DNA of 57,609 nt, filler included, from Sphacelaria rigidula (lineage: Eukaryota), in NCBI GenBank assembly GCA_964200075.2. It is 3 parts of 3 records of this genome, joined end to end, with 100 filler letters (N's around TTAATTAATTAA, not from the genome) between each part and the next. Parts side by side here need not be neighbours in the genome. Positions count along the whole stretch, not along the records: positions 1 to 19,139 come from CAXNAA020000727.1; positions 19,240 to 38,375 come from CAXNAA020000728.1; 1 more part is not named here. One strand, 5' to 3'. Below the pieces are notes generated by a model. That model saw nothing but the letters and a program-made list of their open reading frames with translations, was not told the DNA's origin and did no database searches. Position 1 is the first letter of the stretch, and each line of letters starts with the position of its first letter. A program made the translations under genes and the position numbers. This document shows positions 13,536 to 26,800 of this stretch, one piece after another.

Positions 13536-15570
13536 GCTCTGGGCCACTGTTGCTCTGTTTTCCGATTTCCCCAACTCTACATCTACCCTTCAATCTCATG
13601 AAGACAGTGAAAGCGCGAAGAACAATAATACTACTTTCGTCGCAACGCTGAGGTGACACCAGGGTGTCGAGATACCTCAACAACTTCATGGGCCTACGGG
13701 AGCGGATGTAGCGGAGGTTCCTGTCGTCTACTTCAGTTTTCTGTTTTCTGGTTGGATGTGCGTGCCGGATAGGGCGATGCGATCTCGAACAGGAGTGGGT
13801 AGAAATATCTCCGACTTGAAGAGGGTGGGCTCCGGGGGTGGGTGGGTTATGGCTTCATATTTCCAATAGCGGGAGTACGGTTTGGACGTACACTCCTTGC
13901 CGTGAAACGCGTGCAGGATGTAGACCTCGAGCCCGTCCCTATCGACATAACAACTGGGGCGCATTGCCGAGCGGGAAACTACGCGATGTTTCGAAGCGTT
14001 TGTATGACCAGCCCGAGGAGGGTCGTCTGGTTCTTTTGGGATTGTCTTGAGGGGTGAAAGGGGCGGGGTCCTTCATTTTTGCGCTAGTTTCGTGGATGTT
14101 TCAAGACACGGTATACACAGACCATACCTGATGCTGACTTTTCGCTCAGCTTATTCTGAACAATTCCTGAGGTGTACGCATATTTTTCACCTGTTTATCG
14201 CCGAATATTTGTGCGATTGGATTGCAATTTTGATACGTGTTTATTGGCGCTTCCTTGAAGTCATGTCATGAATGTGTCGGCGAGCAACGATAATGATATA
14301 AACTATTCATCACGAAAATTTGAAGAACCCGCCGTGTACGCGGACGAGCAGTGGCGGGTGGCAGGTAGTATGGTATGGTACACTGTACGTTACCGTGTTG
14401 CGACAGCAAGGGCTCGCGTCTCGAACATGTGTGCCTGGTGGCATTCTTCCGTAACCGCGGTCTCGAGTCATCAGCCATGCGTCCCTCGGGACACTTTTCA
14501 TTTTGGTACCGTGAATTGGATCAGCGTTATCGCACCGCGTAGGCTTTATTTGTGTAAACGTTCGTTGCTACTCGCGTTTTACTCACGATGATGGGATTTC
14601 GGAGAAACAGTCCAAATCAACCTGTCGGAGATGGAACCTTCAGTTCTCTCGCTCCAACTGGCTCCTCGGCTACCCGCCCGCTCAGGTTCCCCCGAAGGAA
14701 ATCAGATGACTCATCGGAAAACAATATCCAGATGCACTGGCCGGAATTCGAGCTCTCAATCTATAGCCCTGAGTGTTTCAATTGTGCCATTTCACTGTAG
14801 ACCTGGGGAGCGGTGGCCGGAGGAGTGATTCTTCGTGTCTCTGGCATCTCGATGGCGTGTGGCCATTGCCCGTGCGGTATTCGTTGTTCCCTCAGACCTC
14901 GAGAAGAGACGACCGAATCTCTCCGCACGTGGATGTTCTGGCACATGGTGAATTGGGCACATGCTGGTGACATCGATGATGCCAGTTTCTCGAGAATTTA
15001 ATAATCGCCGAGCGGGGACACACAAATGACACGGGCGAGGAGCTTCCTCTCTGTCGCTCTTTCTCCGGTGATACCGTCATCGGCACGCGTGTACACCGCA
15101 TTCGTTAGGTGCACCTAGCCACAGCTGCTCAACTGCCGCGGACATTTGGGGGGAAAGATGGCTTCGCTCGGCCGCAGGTGCTTCGCGTCTCCCCTGCACA
15201 GGAGAAATGCCACGTCCAACCCCATTTTCTAGGATCCATTGTTGGGTGTAGATCATCATGTCACATCAAGCATCATCTGTTGATGCCGATTCAACAGACA
15301 ACCTGGGGTGGCCGCTGGAGGGTCAAGGTTCGGTATATATAATTGCGCAACAAAGATGCGAATCTGGATGCCGTCATTCAACCGTGGTGTTGCGTTCAAG
15401 TGAGCGGCACAAAACCTGAACTTAAACTTATCGGGTTTTCCCGTATATCGTGGACAGGTCACCTGTGTTTTTTGGATCACTGAAAACACGACCTAAGCGC
15501 TAGCATGACTTCCTAGCGGTATATTCGCGAGCTTTGAAAGCCGTAGAACCTACCCATGGCATGCCTTTGC

Positions 15571-15770
15571 AACACGGGATTTTATAAATTGGGGATAGAT
15601 TTTTTCATCGAGGATGAGAAACCCGGAGAGGGAAAATCTTTGTATCCACACCAAACCGTCGAAATATGGTTCCATTTCTTCACTTGCTGGTGGCTGTTGA
15701 CAACTACACGCCGTACAAACCTCTATCTCGATAACCGAAATGCTGGGGTGTTCAGTCAAATGATACCAAG
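15571..15770. mobile_element. Half copy (left arm) of the foldback MITE family
   Basis: Begins AACACGGGAT and matches the left arm of 41706-42142. It stops where LTR-like sequence begins. Confidence 0.7.
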
Positions 15771-18700
15771 CCGTAGGTTTCAGTATAATCGCATACATGA
15801 TTGGAGCAGTCGCAGGGGACAGGGAATCCTGGAATGGTGACCCGTATCTGTGTGGCTCCTTGCTGTCTGGCTCTTCATATGATCTGTTTCTGGACAATTC
15901 CGTGATAATAACAAGTGAGGAGAAAGGACTTGTCGAGCACAAGGCCAGTGCTACTGGAGGAGTCCCGCGTGGATAGTCTTCGTCCAGATCGTCTGGCAGA
16001 GGCTGCAATATCTAGATGCTCTTCCGGCACTCTGTAGGAGGAGTTTTGGCTGAGGAGAAAAGTTGGGCAGCAGCTAACAGTCAGTTTAACCCGCAGACAA
16101 GAGGAGACCAGCTTGAAGCCCACAGCAAAGGGGGACGGTCCGTGAGCTGGAGGAAGCACAAGTCAGGCAAGAGTCTCTCCGTGAAGTGTTTGAAGCATAG
16201 ACAACATGGCTCAAGCGGCGGCAGCGCCGCTGGTGTTAGGTGAGCCGTTAGAACCGCCAAAGTATGGTGAACTTTGGACAGAGAAGGCATCACGTTTTTT
16301 TTCGCAGCATATCTTGAATATATACAGCGTCTGAGTCTCGCTAATGGACAAGGAAGTATGGGGCATGAGAGAGTAAGCATAGAGCAACTCATTCCTGTCT
16401 ACATTCATCGCTGCTTCGAAGACATGTACAAGGACGGTCGGGCTATGACCCCCGATGGATTGCTTGGTGCTGTGAAGCAGCATGCCGGGTTTACTACAGC
16501 CGGTGGAAAGCATAACGCTGCGCGGGCTGCAGCAGACCTGCGTAGGGTACTTATGATGAAATAAAACGGGGGAAATCTTTCGGGGATCGTGCTATGATGG
16601 TCAGTTCAGAAATGGAACGCTTTCTTCCAGAAAATCTGACGGTGCAAGCCATGTACCGGGCGGAGGACAGGAGTTGGTTGCCTGGCCCGGCCGAGTCGGT
16701 TTCCATAGCTTTGGTGGACGGGATTTCGTCCCCGGAATTCAAGGCGTATGTCAGAAGTGTACTAACGTATGTTGACCGCTGGAAAGAGAACCCGACGGTT
16801 GTGTTCGAAAAAATATTTGAGGTGGCCGACCAGTGGAAGTTCGTTGAAGCACATGGCCGGCGCGACTCTGCAACAAGTGCAGGTGGTATGCGCTGCAAAC
16901 ACCAACAGCAACAGAAACAGCAGCCGTCTTCGCGAGAGTCGTCCACTCGCGCGCGTTACAACTGCAGCGACACCGGACATAAGATAAAGCACTGCCCCAA
17001 GCCTCGCGCTCGGGGCGCGGCGCAGGGCAGTGCACGAAATTTATCAGGATCTCGGGGCGGTCGTCACGGTGGACGGGGCCGTGCCAATCAGGGACGCGGG
17101 CGCAGCGGCCGCGGTAGCAAGCAAGCGGCGGAGGATGCTGGTTCCTCCGCTGCTGTTTCTTCCACTACGTCATCAGGTGGTGGCTCTGGATCTCATGGTT
17201 CGTCCGTAGCGGGGCGGACCATGTACGTGGGAAATGCGAATACTTTGATGTGGAGTGCTGTAGCCAATAGCTCGCAACCCCTCGGCGAGGCAGGATCCGG
17301 GACTGGTGCATTCCCTACAGCTGCAACGGCTGTAACAGCGTTGTCTGCATAGCCGGTGACTTGGTCTGGTTGGACCGACGATTCGCAGCTATCGATGTCA
17401 AGTGCTGGAGGGCAGCCTTGGCGTCAGGCGACTCTTGGTACAGAACAGGGTTTTTCGGCAGGCGTGGTACCTGTCGATCGCAAGGCTGAATGCTTACGTG
17501 CAGATTTATCCTTGCCTGGTTCTGTGGGTTCGTTCATAGCCCGCGTCATCCTGGATTCTGGGTCCGCGCTCACGTCGCTCGGTGTGGGGGTGCTAAAACA
17601 GATGCCTTCGCAGTTTGGCGGCGCTCAGTTTCAGATTCCGTTCGAAAACAGACCGCGAACGGCGCAGACCGCCACGGGTGCTCCCGTGAAGGTTACACGC
17701 AAAACGGTGCCAATTACTGTTCGCGTGCGTACGCCGTGGAGGGCTGTGCAGTTGCAGCCCATTACTTTCGCTGTCATGCCCGGTAGGGACAACGTGGTTC
17801 TATTCGGGATGGTGACAATGAAGGAACTCGGGATTGATCTAAATCCGCTCGCGTTGAAGAAGTTACGTCCGCGTGCTCTGCCAGTGCAAACAGGCGTGGA
17901 AAACCCCAGTTACCTTGCTGCAAGGCGTGTGATCGTATCCATACGGTCATTCCAGAGCGCCAACGAGGAGGAGGCTCCTGCTGATGAAGCGGTGGAGCGC
18001 TTGGATGATCGGGCGCCGGACATGTTCATGGACCCAGCAGAGGAGAGGAGTTCAAGAAAATGTGCGCTTAAGAATAGCGTGCGACAGGCCGAGCAGAAGG
18101 GCCTGAGCACCGATGGCGCACATTGTCTGCGCGATGTTTTGGCTCGTCGCGTAGATACATTTCGTCGTGCGCTGCGTGGTGATCCGCCAGCGCGCGTGGA
18201 GCCAATGAAAGAGGTTGTGAAGGCGAAGCCTCGCCGCTGCGATCCGGTGAAGACCGTGTGGCTTGCTTCATGCATCGCAGTGTTGGTGGCATCCGGCTTG
18301 TTGGTTGGGAACATTTAGGCTGTGTGGGTGAATCCGGCGATGGCGGTGCTGAAGAGGGACACATTACTTTTGGTCAGCGACTATCAGGCGGTGAACGCGC
18401 AAGTGGAATAGTCTCCGGGGGTGATGCCAAGCCAAGAAGACATGCGGGAGTTGCTGGGAGCCTAACAACAAAATCGGTATGCCAGTGAACACATTCCTGG
18501 AGAGCTCACGTTTTGGGGAGATTTACTGTCTCGCCGGGTGAAGGTTCCTGCCGTGTCTGTTCGTTCTGTTGCCGTGTACAGCTCTTGTGATGCCGATGAT
18601 TCGCTGCTCTCATTAGGCGTCATTCGTACCGCGCAGCGCAAAACAGTCGGCGATGGTGTTCATTCTTTTCCTGCGACTTTCGGTCAAGCTGCTTTGGGTG

Positions 18701-19139
18701 ACGATGGTTTGTTTCGCGTGCGTGTTGGCAGTAGTGATGTTTTGTGGATTCCGCCGGATGAAAACGCTCTACAAACTCGCTTGATAGTGTGCGCTCACAT
18801 GCGGTCGGCTGATCACCGTGGTGTGGCGCCGACTCTATTTCGTTTGAAAGAATACAGTGTGTGGCCTCACGTGGGTTCCTGCGTTCGCGAGTTTGTTCGC
18901 CAGTGTTTGCATTGTGTAGACACTCGTGCTGGTGAGATTGTACATCGTCCGTATGGCGATACTGTGCATGGCACTGCGCCAGGTAAAGTCGTTCACTTTG
19001 ATTTTCTGTACGTCGGAAATAGCGGGCCTGAAGGTGCTAATGGTTTGCCTGGGGAAGATGGTTTTCGGTACGTGTTGGTTATGATGGATGATTTGTCCAA
19101 TTTTCCTTTGCTTGGAGCCGACCGAGGCTTGCACCGCCG
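15771..19139 (+). mobile_element. Decayed Ty3/gypsy LTR retrotransposon (gag-protease-partial RT-integrase), internally deleted
   Basis: gag-like ORF 16594-17352 with degenerate knuckle YNCSDTGHKIKHCP. Aspartic protease ILDSGS in 17356-18318. RT start (DPPARVEPM, LVSDYQAVN) is followed directly by the RNase H end (HIPGELTFWGDLLSR). Integrase His/Cys finger (AH..ADHRG..CLHC) and HFDFLY..VMMDDLS in 18538-19139. Multiple stops; ends at an assembly linker. Confidence 0.9.
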
Positions 19140-19239
19140 NNNNNNNNNNNNNNNNNNNNNNNNNNNNNNNNNNNNNNNNNNNNTTAATTAATTAANNNNN
19201 NNNNNNNNNNNNNNNNNNNNNNNNNNNNNNNNNNNNNNN
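19140..19239. other. Artificial contig linker (N-TTAATTAATTAA-N)
   Basis: 100-bp N spacer with an all-frame stop palindrome; an identical construct is at 38376-38475. Confidence 0.95.
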
Positions 19240-19299
19240 GCGCGCCCCCGCGCACCCGCGCCTCCCCCCCCCTCCCGGGCCCCCCCCCCCCCCCCCCCC

Positions 19300-19745
19300 C
19301 CCTGCTGTTGCCAGGTGCTGATGTTTCCGTATGCATCCGAGTGTCATTGGGGTAGTCTTGTATCGCAGGTGCCTGATGCAGAAATGCAACAACGGTTGCC
19401 GGTTGAAGACATGACGCATGAACCGCTGGCTTTTCTGAGTGGTAATTTCAAAGGCTCACGGATGCGTTGGGCAACCATTGACAAGCAAGGTTTTGCTATC
19501 GTGAGCACTTTCGGTCGTGTCGAGCATCTATTGTGGAATGACGTACAAATTTTCACGGATCACCGAAATCTAGCGTACATTTTCAACCCGTAGGTATGCT
19601 TGACGTCTGTGTCGAGGGTGTTGGCACAGCGATTGGAGGGGTGGAAAGGAGTATTAGGACAGTATCGGTACACGATTATTTGTCATATTTCGGGTGAGCG
19701 TAACCGGGGGGTGAGTTGCTGTCGCGCTGGGTAAATCTTCCCACT
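19300..19745 (+). mobile_element. Gypsy RNase H fragment (second copy, other side of contig linker)
   Basis: HEPLAFLSGNFKGSRMRWATIDKQGFAIV...IFTDHRNLAYIF, then CHISGERN...LLSRWV with a stop and frameshifts. Confidence 0.85.
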
Positions 19746-19752
19746 TTGGGGG

Positions 19753-20274
19753 TGCTATGGCGAAATCACGCCGTCACGGTTGAGTATATAGTGGTTCCTG
19801 GATGATGACCAGGGGACAAGGGCATCCTGTGGATGATGACCCTTGCTGTGTAGCCCAGGTTTGATGGTACGGCGCTGCAGGTGTTGACTCCGGTAACGAC
19901 AAGGTGTTGTGAAGGCTGATAACTGAGACATTGAGGCCAGTGGAACTGGGGTGTCCCTCTACAGCATTAGACGCTGCAGTACTAGCAACCTGCTAGCGTC
20001 ACAGCACGCAATGAGCATTGCGTTTGGCATGTGGGTTATTCCTTGCCGAGGCTTGCAAGGCATCGTATGAAGTGTTCAGCAGTGGTCGAGTGCAGTAGGT
20101 GGCGAGTATTTCTCAGAGATCGTTTTGAGACCATGTTCTTCTGGACGGAGGGGTCACCGGCAGTTGCCTGTCCCATTGTTTCTGGCGTTTCGTCCTCAAG
20201 CGGTCAAGGTATCAGGACCCACAGTTGAAACACTTCATAGTCTTCTTCACAGGGTCACCGTTTACCCTGTAACA
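19753..20274 (+). mobile_element. Probable LTR (~520 bp)
   Basis: Starts TG after a G-run and ends ...TGTAACA. 19765-19860 resembles 15775-15860 (CAGGGGACA.GG.ATCCT..ATG.TGACCC) upstream of gag. Confidence 0.5.
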
Positions 20275-20358
20275 TACACGCGTGTCGATAACGATGTCAC
20301 GGGTCGGACGAGTCATTACTCGTTTGGACGAGTGCACTCGTGGGTGTTTTCCCAAAAC

Positions 20359-20700
20359 ACAACGAGCAATGACTCGAGCGCTCGCCCTATTCATATTTTC
20401 GACAACAAGCGATGAGTCGAGTGCTCGCCCTGCTCATTTTTTCCACAACGAGCGATGACTCGAGGGCTCGCCCTATTGTCTTTTTTTCACAACGAGCAAT
20501 GACTCGAGTGCTTGCCCTGTTCACTTTTAGCACAACGAGCAATGACTCGAGTGCTCGCCCTACTCATTTTTTCCACAACGAGTGATGACTCGAGTGCTCG
20601 CCCTATTGTTTTTTTCCACAACGAGCGATGACTCGAGTGCTCGCCCCATTGACTTCTTCCACAACGAGCGATGACTCGAGTGCTCGTCCTATTAATTCTC
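20359..20700. repeat. Minisatellite, 8 units of ~43 bp
   Basis: Conserved core ACAACGAGCGATGACTCGAGTGCTCGCCCT plus a ~13-nt variable T-rich linker. Confidence 0.9.
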
Positions 20701-22086
20701 ACGGCCAACGAGCAGCCCAACGGCGAGTGCCACGAGTCACACTCGTGCTCGTCTGATGTATGAAGTCTTCCTAGGTTGGTAAAGCCAGGATGCTCTGAGC
20801 ATGTCTTCTCGTATTTTTGCATTCGGTATATTGTTCCTGGGACTTCCCAGGAGTTTTTTGGGGTCGCCAGCCTATACTAAATCGTAGTAGTTACACTAAC
20901 ACAGACAGGGTGGAGTGGGAGAAACCGGAAAGTAGTGTACATGCCACAATGTGGTCACCATCACGAGGCACTAAACCCAGGTGCGCCGTTGAAATACAAA
21001 AGGAGCTACCGTCATGAATTTTGCTCATTCCTCTGCCGATGACTTCTTGCAGAATACTGTGAACATGAATGTAGTGGGCGGGGATCACCAAGCTGTGTAT
21101 AGGCAGCTGATCTCCGTCGCTGAGAACTGCCCAGAACGCGCAAGGGAGTATGCAGTGACAGCTGCTGCCGCATTCGGAGAGGCGCACTGCACTATTCTGC
21201 ACTGCTGTATGTACCGCAACGTCCATATCCTTCCGAGATATCTTGTCGATTGCAACAAGGAGGGAAATGGCGGCCCATCCCGACCACAAGGATGATGAGG
21301 AAAATAATACCATCCAAAGTCACGAGTGGCGGGCGGCCCGCCGGTCGCCGCATCCTGCTGTAAGTTCACTATTGTACGGCGACACGTTCACCACATGAGA
21401 TGCTCATGTTAGCTAATGCGCATCCTGAACCTGAAAATAGGTAGGTACATCTCTCCATCTTCGTCGTGACCCTGCCGTGACATACACGGATTTTCAGCAA
21501 CTTTCCCCTATGACGTGCAGACGCCAGTCACGCCAGTGATGGCTGGTCATGTTGGTCGTTCTGTAGGCCCAACGAGTGCGCGAGTGCCACGGGTCGCTCC
21601 TCGCCCGTATCTTGTGTATTCTCGATCAGTCGTCGGGAGACCAGCATCATGGATTTCACCAGCATGTACCGAATGGCAGGACATTTCACGGTTAGGACAA
21701 ATTATCACGACTCAAAATCACCAAATTCACGATTTCTTCGGCCCGATTGCTCAAAATGGAGAACAAAGTTGATCGCTGGTCCAAGGGGTACCCACGCAAG
21801 TCTCGCACCTTTCCACGGGTCCGAGCTGCGTGTACCTGGGTTGTAACGCTGAAATAAAGCCCAGGGATTGATTCGTCACGAGTCGACGCACACTAAAACC
21901 AAATATCTGACACAATTATTTGTCCGATGCTTGGAACATTTTGAAAATAGAGCGATGGTCACCTCGTCTTTCTTGTTGTCCGCCACACGTGCCAGGAAGA
22001 ACGGTTCTGCGGTAGTGACGGATCCAGTTTGAACCACGGCTTCTCCATCGTTGATACTACCCGATATGTCACTGCTAGGTGCGCGA

Positions 22087-22294
22087 CTGTAATGCGTGAG
22101 AGGACTGCGTGCTTAGAGGACCGCATCCGACTTTGAAAATACTCATGGTTGGGGTGGGGTCGGTGCTGGGGTTGTGGTTAGGGGCGTGGTTCCTGCAGGG
22201 ATGAGCCCGATTGGTTTTGAAAAACATCGGTGCTGAGGTGTTCTGAACTACGGCACGGTCTTCCAAGCACACGGTCCTCTCCCGCACATCACAG
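22087..22294. mobile_element. Telomere-repeat-bearing MITE, copy A
   Basis: CGA|CTGTAATGCGTGAGAGGAC...GTCCTCTCCCGCACATCACAG|CGA: ~35-bp TIRs, 3-bp TSD, internal GGGGTT/TTAGGG-like units. Confidence 0.8.
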
Positions 22295-23898
22295 CGACGA
22301 CAGAGCGTAACACACGTCAGTTGAGGGGGGGGAGATGTAGGCGAGATCGGACTCTTGTGGGTACCTCGCGAACACGAGGGGTGAAAAATAGTATCTTGGG
22401 TGGTGATCCACCTGTTGCTAGCGTGGTGGAGAGGGGTTGCGTGAACCCCGCGGTACAGTAGCTTTCCGGAACTAATGCCGATGTGTGGAGGATATGCATT
22501 ACAAGCAGGAAACTTCGACACGTTCCAAATCCACGTTCCAAATTCAATCCACCTCCCCACATATTCGCGCAACTGCTACATTCTACGTCAACCGATCGCC
22601 GTACATACAGTTATCCTGTGCGTGCATCATCAACGGCAGCCATGCAACCATGAGGTCGGACTCTCACACGGAGGTTCATGTCATGCTCCCGCTACTGTAC
22701 CCGCCCGAATGATTCGTCACCACATCGATCAGCAAGAAGTGCTCCACGAAACATAACATGTACACCCCATCTAGCACCATCCGCGGCGGACTTTCGTATA
22801 CACTACTTTCGACACCCGACACACCGCTCCCACGATCACCTGCTGTCCACTCCACGGACGTGCGGAAAACAAACCGATCATGGATCGGGACGATCAGCAA
22901 ACACTCCATCCTGTCTACGTCAGAAGCTCCCACAAGGCGGAGTCAAGTTCACTTGAAAATGAAGAGAGGAGCACCCCCCCCGCGTCAATCGCAACACACA
23001 CCAGTAACCTAACCAATATAACGGAAATGAGGAGGACGCACTCGCTTTCGCCTGCGCCACCCACGATGCAACTGCGCTCTTGCAACAAAAGCAACCAAAT
23101 CGTCGATTTGGCCGCGCCACGTGATGTATGACACAACCCGCACTACTTGACAATGGCCTCCACCCGAAGCTGCACAGAGTCGAGAGATGAAAACACTCTT
23201 TGCGATCAACAACCGCCTCGCCTCGTCTGAGGGCAGTTTCCGACGGTACGTTTTGGCCGAGTGAACCTGGAACGACGAACTCATCGCTTCGGTGCATGAC
23301 TCGAACGAGGATCACGTACACTACGTTGTTACAAGATCTAATGCCGAGGTGAAGCGTCTCGACAGTGCTGCTTCTTCTACGCGGGGGTAGCAGTTAACTT
23401 CCACCGCACCATCGCGAACGTCTTCGATGATTTCCGGCGCACCGCCGAGTCGCCCCCCGCATTCCTATCATACCATGCAATTGCCCTTCTGACTCTTGCA
23501 CCCACTACTTCGCCTCGACCGCATGCTCCGTGGCTCATGTTTTACGACAGTTTTTCCACGCCGATGTTTGTTCCTGGTTTGCAGCATGTAGTGATCGAAC
23601 GAGAGGGTCGGAGAGTCGGCAGCGAGAGGGGCGTTTGTTGCTCGAAGTATACTCGACAGCGAAGGATACCAGCTTACCACGACGGTGGAGACACGGTGCA
23701 TGAGATCCGGTGAGCAACGGGGAATTGACTTAGCAGACCCATGGCGGAGAGCACGCGGGGAACATGGACCGACAGTGCCTTGATTCGTCTACTGTCCTTC
23801 CTCTGTCGCGGTGCCGGCACCGGGCATCCCTTGCGACAGCAGCAGCAGTATGCCAGGCGACAGCTGTATGAAAAAATACGAATCGACACCGCACAGAA

Positions 23899-26800
23899 TC
23901 ACAATGCCCCATGGATACCAGAGTCGGACTCACAGTCATCCCTCTTCTTCCTGTCCTTGCCATCCTTGCTGTCGCTGTCATCCTTGCTGTCACTGTCATC
24001 CTTGCTGCCCTTGCCACCCCTCCTCCTCTTCCCGCCCCTCTTCTTGCAGCAGTCGCGCTTGTCGCAGTCCCCGTCGCATGTGATGTCACCTCCAACAGAC
24101 TCCCACCCCTTGGGACAACGGTAGTCGCGGCACTTCTTGTCATCTGTCGCAGCCAGACGGAACCACAGGTACACTCAATGTGAGGATATCAAGCTACCAA
24201 GTGTTTCCGACACAGCAGTCGTCGATCGCATCGTTTCGACGTCACATCTTGGGGGTACCGCCGACGGCAAGTCGTTCGCTCTTGTCGAGTACCCGTTCAA
24301 GTATAGTTCCGACCATACAATCGCGACCTGTTTGCAAGCATTTTGCGCTGGACGAACTCTCGGCGACAGATGTCGCCTGCTCCTAGTTTAGCTCGCGGCG
24401 GTGCCAACCGCGGCGAAGCGTCACCAGGTACTTAAACGAGTGATGACACGTGATCACCACATTCAAGACATCGACCGCGACTACAAGTGATGGTACTACA
24501 CTGCTTACCCTTCTCGCAACATTCGCGCTTGTCGCACTCGCCGCGGCACTCCTTGTTACCGACGTTAAGGAAGCCGCTGGGGCACGTGTAGTCGTCCTTG
24601 CACGTCTTCACCTCTGCGAATGACACGGGAGGTGGCAAGAGAGCGACATCGTCGCGTCAAGTAACAGCCGCACACTATGGAGGATTAGGCCAAGCGAGAA
24701 TGAAGCCTCATCTTGCCTCACATTTGCTCCCAGTGGGAACACTCAACATGTGTTTCTTTTCTTTCGTTCGCTGGTTGTAAAATGCGTACAAATCTGCGTT
24801 GCATGTGATTCGTGTTAAAGTCACAGCGAAGCCCCAGGTAGTCTGGTGAAGCCCGGTCGTTTGACGCCACGTAAAGGCCGCGACCGGGACGAATGGGTCA
24901 TCGAGATTGAGAGATACCCTGGCACCCACGCAATGGATGCACGACTCGCCATTCCACACTCGCAAACGACGAATAATGCCCCCAGTATCATGTATGTCAA
25001 CGTTCTTGGTCGCATCCACATCAAGTGTCGACTACGACTGCTTGCATCGGATCCTTCAAATACTCACCCTTCTCGCAACATTCGCGCTGGTCGCACTTGC
25101 CGCTGCACTCCTTGTTACCACGGTTCAGATATCCGCGGGGGCAGGTGAAGTCATCTTTGCATGTCTCCACCTCTGCGAAGAACACGGCGGTCGACGGATG
25201 GGTGTCACTGTGGCGTTCGGGCTACAGGGACATGTTGTGCATGAGTTCCGGAGATGTGCGGTGGACCGCTCCACTGTGCCCCTGTGCCGTGTACCGATAC
25301 GTTCGACGGGGACTATCGCACGGCACTGCTGCTGCGCTTCAGCCCCCCGACGGTCTACACCACAGTCACGGCATCAGACGCCGGATCCTACGATAGGGGC
25401 TGGAGGTCTCGCACGATCCTACCCCGTGGTGATGCACGTGCATAATGCTGGTATCGGGTTCTATTCGCATAAATGCTGCTTGCAACGACGTTGTAACGAG
25501 CGAGTGTACACGGGTGGCCACTGAGGTGCCTGCAACCTCAAATTTGGACGTTACAGACGTTGCACAAGGTCTACAACGTCCAATTCTTGAGGTTGCAGGC
25601 ACCCCAGTGGACACCCGTCTATCGTCACGGAGCTTCGGCGACACCGACAGCACAACGTGACGCATGTCCGATAACTCATCTCTGGGGAATCTCGTTTCGG
25701 TGTACCAGCGACAACGCCCGGGACAATCAGCGGTCACACAGCCATAGCGGCCGTCAGTCTACGACCTACGGAACCCGCCGTGTGTAGCGAGCATACTGTG
25801 CTGTGGAGAATACCGATAGCGAACGCCGGCCTCGAGTGTTGCGTTCTTCGTCTGGCTCACCCTTTTCGCAACATTCGCGCTTCTCGCATTCGTCGCGGCA
25901 CTTCTTGTCACCGACGTTTAGGAAGCCGCTGGGGCACGTGTAGTCGTCCTTGCACGTCTTCACCTCTGAGAATGACCACGGCAGTCGACGAACGCATCTC
26001 ATGTTAGCGTCTAGTATCAACTGTACACAACTACGAGAAAACGTCATGTCGGAGTAAGGCTTCATGTTGTTGTGCTTCTGATCATTCCGAGGGCATCCAG
26101 AACAATGTGCATACACCCATGTGTTGAGATGTGATTCGGAGCGGTATGGATGTGAAAGCCGAAGATCTCTCGCGATGCTCGGCTCTCCGCGTCAAAGTCA
26201 GCGTCGTGATCAGGGCGATTCATTCGCAGATAGTACGGCTCTCGCAGTTGAGAATCGAAGTTCAGGCCCGCTTTTGCCGACAGCCACGGAGGATGGCACG
26301 ACTTTGAACCGAGAAAACCTGCAGCTTGTTGACTTCGTCGTGATCTAGAAATGCATGTCGATATGTGTGTACGTGTACTTCCTGTCGCATGAGGGCTTGA
26401 AAAAAATTCCGCTTATTCCGCCTTGCTCAGTTCGAAATATTTCCCTGTTTTGCTCACGCGCGCCTTCATGTCGGCGAAGGGCCAACAATCAAGGGGCCCC
26501 GAAAATTATCGTATTTCGCCCGATTCCGGGCGGGAAAGCTACAAAGCCGGCCCATTTTACTTGTTGATCGCATTCCAATTACATGTTGATCACGACTGCA
26601 GATGTCGCGTCTACAAGACACTCACCCTTCTCACAACACTCGCGTTGGTCGCACTTTCCGCGGCACTCCTTCTCACCACGGTTCAGGAAGCCGCGGGGGC
26701 AGACGAAGTCATCCTTGCATGTCTTCACCTCTGCAACGGAAACGGTATCCAATGGCTGAGTGTCGTCGGGGCATTCGAGCAAGCACTGCACGCCATCCCC

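Noticed and set aside
19140-19239. TTAATTAATTAA palindrome between N runs (also 38376-38475)
   Set aside because: Artificial scaffolding linker; adjacency across it is not biological evidence.
18538-19745. Integrase-before-RNase H order suggesting a copia-like or novel retroelement
   Set aside because: The RNase H end already precedes integrase at ~18490. The later RNase H lies across a contig linker and is a second copy.
20359-20700. CRISPR array
   Set aside because: The linkers are only ~13 nt and related to each other, there are no cas genes, and the context is eukaryotic. Treated as a minisatellite.
21014-21295. Copia-type pre-integrase His/Cys remnant (NFAHSSA...ENCPE)
   Set aside because: Too degenerate to support without a profile search.
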